Source: a virus (Duplodnaviria > Caudoviricetes). Taken from it: a stretch of 52,436 nt of DNA. The stretch spans positions 1-52,436 of IMG/VR virus record IMGVR_UViG_3300025168_010295; one strand, 5' to 3'. Positions 47,365-52,436 of this stretch are shown here, piece by piece. The notes beneath the pieces were generated by a model. That model saw nothing but the letters and a program-made list of their open reading frames with translations. It searched no databases and was not told the DNA's origin. The position numbers were made by a program, and so were the translations under genes. The first letter of the stretch is position 1; every line of letters begins with the position of its first letter.

Positions 47365-47436
47365 TTAATCTTCTATTAGTGTAACATTACCATCACTGTC
47401 TGTGTTGATGTTAATGTAGTCGTTTTCATCTATCAT
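47365..47436 (-). CDS. 23-aa acidic microprotein (not in ORF track)
   Basis: MIDENDYININTDSDGNVTLIED; TAATG overlap with the SSB stop, and its own stop abuts the helicase ATG. Confidence 0.5.
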   Translation of the reverse strand: MIDENDYININTDSDGNVTLIED

Positions 47437-47744
47437 TAAAATGGTAGATCTTCTTCAACAGCTGCCGGCTGTGGCGCTTGCTGCGGTTGATCATCACGCG
47501 GCGCTGCGGCTACGTTATCACCGTTAGTCCATACTACCTGTACATTACCAAGGTAAGTCTTCTTTTCTTTAGCGTCTCGCTCTTCTTTTGTTTGTGCGAC
47601 AACGATAGGACCTTGATTACCAAACTGATCTGATTCGTCATTAATAGTTATTGTTATTGGTAAGTATTTACCTTTCTTACCTGGAATAATTTTATCCTTA
47701 GGTATTTCAGATAGGTTAATACTTGCTTTAATTATACTTGCCAT
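47436..47744 (-). CDS. Single-stranded DNA-binding protein-like
   Basis: Beta-rich core with acidic C-terminal tail EEDLPF; next to the helicase. Confidence 0.75.
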   Translation of the reverse strand: MASIIKASINLSEIPKDKIIPGKKGKYLPITITINDESDQFGNQGPIVVAQTKEERDAKEKKTYLGNVQVVWTNGDNVAAAPRDDQPQQAPQPAAVEEDLPF

Positions 47745-47923
47745 TATGCGTAGTTATTGATTTGGTTAAACATGCGCTGCAACTGATCTTTAGTAGCGTT
47801 GCTATTGCGTCGTAGATTATCTACTGCTTTAACATGATTTTGATTAGCATAAAAATTATTTACACTTGTTTCCATTCCTGTTATTGTACAAACTTTAGTT
47901 TGATTTTTTCTAGCTCGTGCCAT
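47744..47923 (-). CDS. Small hypothetical protein (not in ORF track)
   Basis: 59 aa MARARKNQTKVCTITGMETSVNNFY...; TAATG-coupled to SSB. Confidence 0.65.
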   Translation of the reverse strand: MARARKNQTKVCTITGMETSVNNFYANQNHVKAVDNLRRNSNATKDQLQRMFNQINNYA

Positions 47924-47934
47924 AATAATTGGTT

Positions 47935-48663
47935 TTAAAGGGTTTCGTTAATAAAAAATTGTGAAGGATCAAAACCTTCTTGTCTATAAAATAATTGGTA
48001 CTGTTCAACTGCTTTCTTTACTTTATCAGCTCCACGCTGTAAAAACTCAGGTGAGCAATCGAATACACCAATTTGATGTGTTGTCTTATCTATTGCAATA
48101 AACAACATCTCGTAACCAAACAACTGTTGGTATATGTAAGCTTGACTGTCGTAGTTATATTTAGATGCTGACCATCTAAACTTATTAAGGTCTGCTGTTG
48201 TCTTCAAATCAATGATAAGTTTCTCATCATGGTTTAATATATCAGCTTTACCTTTCCACAACTCGTTCTCTAGCTCACCAATACCAGGTACTTCGTAGTC
48301 GCAATTACCTCTGATAAGACCATTGCAAATATCATTTGACAATATCTTATCTGTCATCAGTTCGATCATATCGACTTCAGACTGAAGCAAGCACAACTCA
48401 CCACCTGATATCTCTTTGTACGCTTTAGTATTCCTGTTAGACGATTCTACAACCTTAAAGTTTTTAAGTTTTTCAGGTTCTAGTATCGCCGTGTGGAAAT
48501 ACCCACCAATTAAAAAGGCAGGTATTTGCTTTGACGGTTTACCTAAAGCTAAAGGATCTTTTAAAAGTGTAGATATATCAGAGTTACTAAGGTACTGCTT
48601 ACCGAAGTCGCCATAGTAATGCTCATCAATCTTAAGCTTTTCAATAATCTCATTCTTGCTCAT
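47935..48663 (-). CDS. PD-(D/E)XK exonuclease (RecE/ExoVIII-like)
   Basis: LSNSDI, G.YFHTAILEP, KGKAD, IDLKTT and Y..QAYIY. Confidence 0.85.
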   Translation of the reverse strand: MSKNEIIEKLKIDEHYYGDFGKQYLSNSDISTLLKDPLALGKPSKQIPAFLIGGYFHTAILEPEKLKNFKVVESSNRNTKAYKEISGGELCLLQSEVDMIELMTDKILSNDICNGLIRGNCDYEVPGIGELENELWKGKADILNHDEKLIIDLKTTADLNKFRWSASKYNYDSQAYIYQQLFGYEMLFIAIDKTTHQIGVFDCSPEFLQRGADKVKKAVEQYQLFYRQEGFDPSQFFINETL

Positions 48664-49204
48664 ACTTTTTAAGTTGCGCTTTAGCCGGTATAGATACTTT
48701 GTACTTTGTGTTGATAGCCTTCATTGTGCCACCAGCCTTGATGTACTCCACTGCTTTCTTAAAAGCATCGGTATTTATATCCAACATTGGTTTAGATTTA
48801 GCCTCGGCTTTTCCGTGGTCGTTTGACGCATCTGAGTCTTGCGTGTCATCTATTAGGAATAAATTTCCTAATGCGTATTTCTTCCCATAACTTGAAGCAG
48901 AACCAAACTGCTGCGGTACTTGCATACCTTTCTGCCCTAGATCAACCCCGACAACTGCTTTTGCAGATATCGATGCTTCACCATCAGAGATAGTTGCAGT
49001 CGACTCAATCATAGGTACGCTATCAAATAACGTTAGCACCTCTTCATTTATCGTGACTGATACTCCTAACTCTAGTAGAAAGGGTTTTGTTGCTTCAAGA
49101 ATGTCTTCGGCTGATCGGAAGTAATATTTGCCGAATGAATTAAACCTACTTTTTTTCGATTTAAATTTTGTCTGGATAGTAGCCAGCTTTTCATTTAGTG
49201 TCAT
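48650..49204 (-). CDS. ERF-family single-strand annealing protein
   Basis: FNSFGKYYFRSAEDIL and Q.FGSASSYGKKYALGNLFLIDD..DSD. Confidence 0.9.
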   Translation of the reverse strand: MTLNEKLATIQTKFKSKKSRFNSFGKYYFRSAEDILEATKPFLLELGVSVTINEEVLTLFDSVPMIESTATISDGEASISAKAVVGVDLGQKGMQVPQQFGSASSYGKKYALGNLFLIDDTQDSDASNDHGKAEAKSKPMLDINTDAFKKAVEYIKAGGTMKAINTKYKVSIPAKAQLKKYEQE

Positions 49205-49229
49205 AGGTATATTGGTATTTACTTATTAA

Positions 49230-49260
49230 TATAATTACACATAAAAATACAGTTTTACAA
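49230..49260 (-). promoter_or_regulatory. Putative phage-sigma promoter (TTGTAAAA-N14-GTAATTATA) upstream of the recombination/replication operon
   Basis: Same boxes and spacing as 988-1018; lies immediately downstream of the sigma gene. Confidence 0.55.
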
Positions 49261-49267
49261 TTATAAC

Positions 49268-50023
49268 TTACAGATAGTCAATCACTTGCGAATGATCAAC
49301 GCTATCAATTAATTTCTGTACGGCTTGCTTTTTTAGCTCACTTACACGCACGTAATTGCTTGTACCTTCTATGTTTAGTTTAGCTGCAATATCTTTAGCT
49401 TGATGCTTATCGCAGTCGAGTCCGTAGCTTAATCTGAGCACCTCATACTCTTTTTCATTTAGGTGCTTTTGAAGTAAGCCTTTGAGATAAATATTTAGTA
49501 GAGCTATATTATATGGCTCTGATTTATCTGCTATTTGATGTATCATCATTTCGCCTTCGTCATTTGCTGGTTGCGCATCTATAGATAAAAATATAGAATT
49601 AAAAAACATTGCAACCATTTTATGATCTTTAGGGTTTTTACGTATTTCGTTCATCTTATGCTCAGGTATGCGTATGTCGCCTCTGTGCATATCAATACGC
49701 CTACGTATAGCGCCTTTGATACGTTTGCTGAAGAAACTTTTTAAAGTCTTTTCTAAGTCATCAGAATCATCTAGCTTTTCCCAAAGTAGTTTGTCAACTG
49801 ATTTAGTAAGTGCTTCGCCACCTATTTGTATAAGATCGTTTATACTAAGCACACCTGATGCTTGTTGTGTGGTTGAAAACTTACGTGCTAGATTTTCTAC
49901 AAGTGGCATGAACTGTATTATAAGCTCAACGCGACTGTAGTCTTTAAACTCCTTATGTTCAGGCATAGAGGCTTTTAAATCTTCTTTGTACCTTATATAG
50001 TTCTGTACGTTATACTTTTTCAT
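49268..50023 (-). CDS. Phage sigma-70 family RNA polymerase sigma factor
   Basis: Region 2 FMPLVENLARKF...DLIQIG...RIKGAIRR, IRIPEH, region 4 LNEKEYEVLRLSYGLD...RVSELKKQAVQKL. Confidence 0.9.
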   Translation of the reverse strand: MKKYNVQNYIRYKEDLKASMPEHKEFKDYSRVELIIQFMPLVENLARKFSTTQQASGVLSINDLIQIGGEALTKSVDKLLWEKLDDSDDLEKTLKSFFSKRIKGAIRRRIDMHRGDIRIPEHKMNEIRKNPKDHKMVAMFFNSIFLSIDAQPANDEGEMMIHQIADKSEPYNIALLNIYLKGLLQKHLNEKEYEVLRLSYGLDCDKHQAKDIAAKLNIEGTSNYVRVSELKKQAVQKLIDSVDHSQVIDYL

Positions 50024-50645
50024 CTTCTTTTAGTTGCTGATTTAATAATTCTTTTTCTTTTTTAAGCTCATTACCTATATTACGATATATAGTTCTTGCC
50101 GAGCAATTAAAATACTTAGCAAGCTTATCTATAGTAATAAGATCTTGCATTTCATTTAGAATTAGCATAGCATCGTATATATCATCTTGTGTAACAGTCT
50201 TAGCTCTACCCATAATACTACCAACAATGTGTAGCTTTTCGGATGGTGTTAGCTGGCAAGTATCTTTAAAAATAATCTTACGCATTTTATTACGTGGAGG
50301 TTCTTCTAAATCATACATGCTTACATCATAGATAATATTTTTTAATAGTTGTTCTGAAACAGTAAATGTTACAAAACCATTTTTCTTGTTGCAAATGTTT
50401 GTAGCTACATATTCAAACTCATCTTGATCCATTGCAGGATTAAGATACCATATAACTAACAGGTGCCATTTTAAAGAACGATACGTTGTAATCTTAGCTT
50501 TAGTTCTAAACAGATCGTAGCACTGATGTGTACCATTATAGTACACAGTGCCCCAATCATGCAACTCATCAGGATAATCACTGATAGGATCTCGGCGGTA
50601 TATAATACGGTTGCTATCTAAAAATTTGGTATTTCGGTATGACAT
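50010..50645 (-). CDS. DNA-binding protein with C-terminal HTH (possible Rep/initiator)
   Basis: ITIDKLAKYFNCSARTIYRN helix-turn-helix. Confidence 0.7.
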   Translation of the reverse strand: MSYRNTKFLDSNRIIYRRDPISDYPDELHDWGTVYYNGTHQCYDLFRTKAKITTYRSLKWHLLVIWYLNPAMDQDEFEYVATNICNKKNGFVTFTVSEQLLKNIIYDVSMYDLEEPPRNKMRKIIFKDTCQLTPSEKLHIVGSIMGRAKTVTQDDIYDAMLILNEMQDLITIDKLAKYFNCSARTIYRNIGNELKKEKELLNQQLKEDEKV

Positions 50646-50683
50646 TAGCCTATTACTTATTACTATTAGGGGCTGTTGTCACA
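50638..50683. repeat. Imperfect inverted repeat around an AT-rich spacer, overlapping the HTH gene start
   Basis: TATGACATTAGCC-tattacttattactattagg-GGCTGTTGTCACA. Confidence 0.6.
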
Positions 50684-50774
50684 GTCCCGTGTGGTTCTAA
50701 CGTACATATAATAATATGCTCGTTTATAAAATCATCTTCTTCTCTAAGCCTCATAAATAATTCTTTTGTTTTAC

Positions 50775-50966
50775 TCATTTAAAAAATGTTATTAGTTTGA
50801 GTCGTTTGTTATATTTATGAAATAAATTAACTTTATTTTTATTAATGTTTAACACTAATGCGTCATTAAGTATTTCATACTTTAGATTCCAAATGTTAGT
50901 TTCCAGATACCTTACGTGGCGCCTTCTTCTTTTGAAATGTTTTAACTTTTTTTGTAATATTCCCAT
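50775..50966 (-). CDS. Small basic hypothetical protein
   Basis: 63-aa ORF in a run of overlapping micro-ORFs. Confidence 0.5.
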   Translation of the reverse strand: MGILQKKLKHFKRRRRHVRYLETNIWNLKYEILNDALVLNINKNKVNLFHKYNKRLKLITFFK

Positions 50967-50998
50967 AATTAACTGATATAATGTGTTCGTATATTTTT

Positions 50999-51085
50999 TT
51001 ACTCATAGTGTTTGTCTAATAAAATGTGTGCTACTTCTTCTGAAATAAGATTATCGTTGTATAATTTCCATATTAGTTTACTCAT
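50999..51085 (-). CDS. 28-aa microprotein (not in ORF track)
   Basis: MSKLIWKLYNDNLISEEVAHILLDKHYE; start overlaps the ligase end (ATGAGTAA). Confidence 0.5.
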   Translation of the reverse strand: MSKLIWKLYNDNLISEEVAHILLDKHYE

Positions 51086-51908
51086 AATTTCTAATTGTTT
51101 TGTATAGCGGGTGTCTGTAGCTACCAGCTTTAGTACGTTCGAAGTATGTAAATGTAGCAATTTTACCGATATAGTCGTGAATATTTTCTAGTATATAACG
51201 ACGATCTGAGTAGTTGTAACCTTTACCTATTGGACAACCGAACTTATTACCATCATCATCTACCATCAAGAACTTACCAATAAGACCTGTAAACTTGCCT
51301 TTACCAGCTTCATAGCCAATAATAGTAGCTTCGGTGTCACTGAAGTCTTTGAATTTTTGTAAGTTGTAGCTACGTTTTTGCTCATACGGACCATTTAGTC
51401 TTAGTATAGAACCTTCGTAGTTTTGTTTTAGAAACTCACTGTGCATTACTTTGGCTCCATCGTAGCTAATACACCATAGTGTTTCAACTGATATGACTGA
51501 ATCTGACCACAGGTTTTTACTTGACAATAGCCAGTTAAGTCTGTCTTCGTAACTAGGACCTTCAGCTATCATATCGTATACATGGTATTGTATTAGTTTA
51601 TGTGCGTTTAGACGATCCTTATCAGTCGGTTTTTGTTTTCTGACCAATGATATGATTTGCTCGAAATCGTTTCTTAGATCGTGATTATACAACTCACCAT
51701 CAAGTACAGCATTAGGTTGCTGATCAAAGAACTTTTCAAGATCTATCTTGATATGTTGTAAGTTGTGAAACTCTTTGCCAGTACGTGAGTACGCACCATT
51801 TTTAGTAAATATACAGCGCACGCCATCGAGCTTAGGTTGTATAAAAACCTTCTCTGAAAAGTCTATTTTGTTTTCATTTACTTTATGCGCTAGCATGGGT
51901 TTTATCAT
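51078..51908 (-). CDS. ATP-dependent DNA ligase
   Basis: KPMLA, QPKLDGVR (KxDG), LDGELY, YHVYD, EGSILR, KFK and RHP.Y. Confidence 0.93.
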   Translation of the reverse strand: MIKPMLAHKVNENKIDFSEKVFIQPKLDGVRCIFTKNGAYSRTGKEFHNLQHIKIDLEKFFDQQPNAVLDGELYNHDLRNDFEQIISLVRKQKPTDKDRLNAHKLIQYHVYDMIAEGPSYEDRLNWLLSSKNLWSDSVISVETLWCISYDGAKVMHSEFLKQNYEGSILRLNGPYEQKRSYNLQKFKDFSDTEATIIGYEAGKGKFTGLIGKFLMVDDDGNKFGCPIGKGYNYSDRRYILENIHDYIGKIATFTYFERTKAGSYRHPLYKTIRNYE

Positions 51909-52150
51909 AATTTTCCGTATTTAGTTTGTAATCTTTCTATTTTTCTTTTAATTATAGCTGCTTTCTCATATTCCTCTTTGTCTTCATACGTTGACAATAG
52001 GGTCATAAGTCGCGCTAGTTCTCCTACCATTATTTCTTCATCTGTTGCCGATGGAAACTGAGTAATCTCAAGGTCACCTGAATCAAATAAAGTTTTAATA
52101 ATTTTATCAGCAATTTTATCTGCTAGATAATCTAGTTCTTTTTCTGTCAT
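51905..52150 (-). CDS. Hypothetical protein with UVR-like C-terminal hairpin
   Basis: EEYEKAAIIKRKIERL motif. Confidence 0.65.
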   Translation of the reverse strand: MTEKELDYLADKIADKIIKTLFDSGDLEITQFPSATDEEIMVGELARLMTLLSTYEDKEEYEKAAIIKRKIERLQTKYGKL

Positions 52151-52436
52151 ACTAATTCTTCTTTATTGTATTTTTTAAGCACTGCGTCTGGTTTACCTAC
52201 AAATATAACATCTTTGTCACGTGTATCATATATAGACATATAAGTTTCTTCACCTTCTTTAGGAAACAAAGTATATATATAATCCACCCAACCTTCATCG
52301 TCATCAATAGGTGATAAATATAAACCACCTGGTCTATCTTTAAAGTGTTTTATAAACTGAGCTGCAAAACAACCTACACCATTTGCATATTTATTAAGCT
52401 CTGGATCTCTGCCTAAACCGTTTCCTATGCTAAGAC
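52147..52436 (-). CDS. Hypothetical phage protein, 5' truncated by the window
   Basis: Open frame with NGVGCFAAQFIKHFK...GGLYL; ATGA overlap with the 52150 gene. Confidence 0.65.
   Translation of the reverse strand, partial: LSIGNGLGRDPELNKYANGVGCFAAQFIKHFKDRPGGLYLSPIDDDEGWVDYIYTLFPKEGEETYMSIYDTRDKDVIFVGKPDAVLKKYNKEELV

Noticed and set aside
1-52436. Stop-codon reassignment, tRNA genes, introns/inteins, diversity-generating retroelement, integrase
   Set aside because: Core genes are intact in the standard code, with TAA, TAG and TGA all used as stops. No cloverleaf, reverse transcriptase, intein motif or recombinase was recognised by eye. DNA polymerase is not in the window and is presumably outside it.

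Overview
This 52.4-kb window is most of the genome of an AT-rich tailed dsDNA bacteriophage. It has a podovirus-like, crAss/phi38:1-style gene set. The host is probably Bacteroidetes/Flavobacteria, inferred from A-rich leaders without Shine-Dalgarno sequences. Two arms converge at a terminator near 39.5 kb. The + arm (1-39.46 kb) carries an Asp-box protein, GroEL/GroES, lysis genes, tail fibre genes, a second tandem-GroES-like gene, terminase, portal, scaffold, major capsid protein, tail/stabilisation and ejection proteins, a 2357-aa giant protein and a cluster of tiny basic proteins. The - arm (39.55-52.4 kb) carries NrdA/NrdB, an endonuclease I-like resolvase, a nucleotide-modification module, primase-helicase, SSB, exonuclease/ERF recombinase, a sigma-70 factor and an ATP-dependent ligase. 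Most notable: (1) the giant virion protein appears to embed a sigma-70-like region 2 plus region-4 HTH module directly after a zincin protease motif, suggesting an injected sigma factor rather than an injected RNA polymerase; (2) a T4 gp42-like dCMP hydroxymethylase sits next to a GIY-YIG/MazG fusion, predicting modified cytosine; (3) a bipartite promoter motif (TAAAA-N14-GTRANWATA) recurs in intergenic gaps; (4) an unannotated C2H2 zinc-finger microprotein lies in the RNR operon; (5) an inverted repeat overlaps the start of an HTH/Rep-like gene. All family calls come from recognising motifs by eye; no database search was run.
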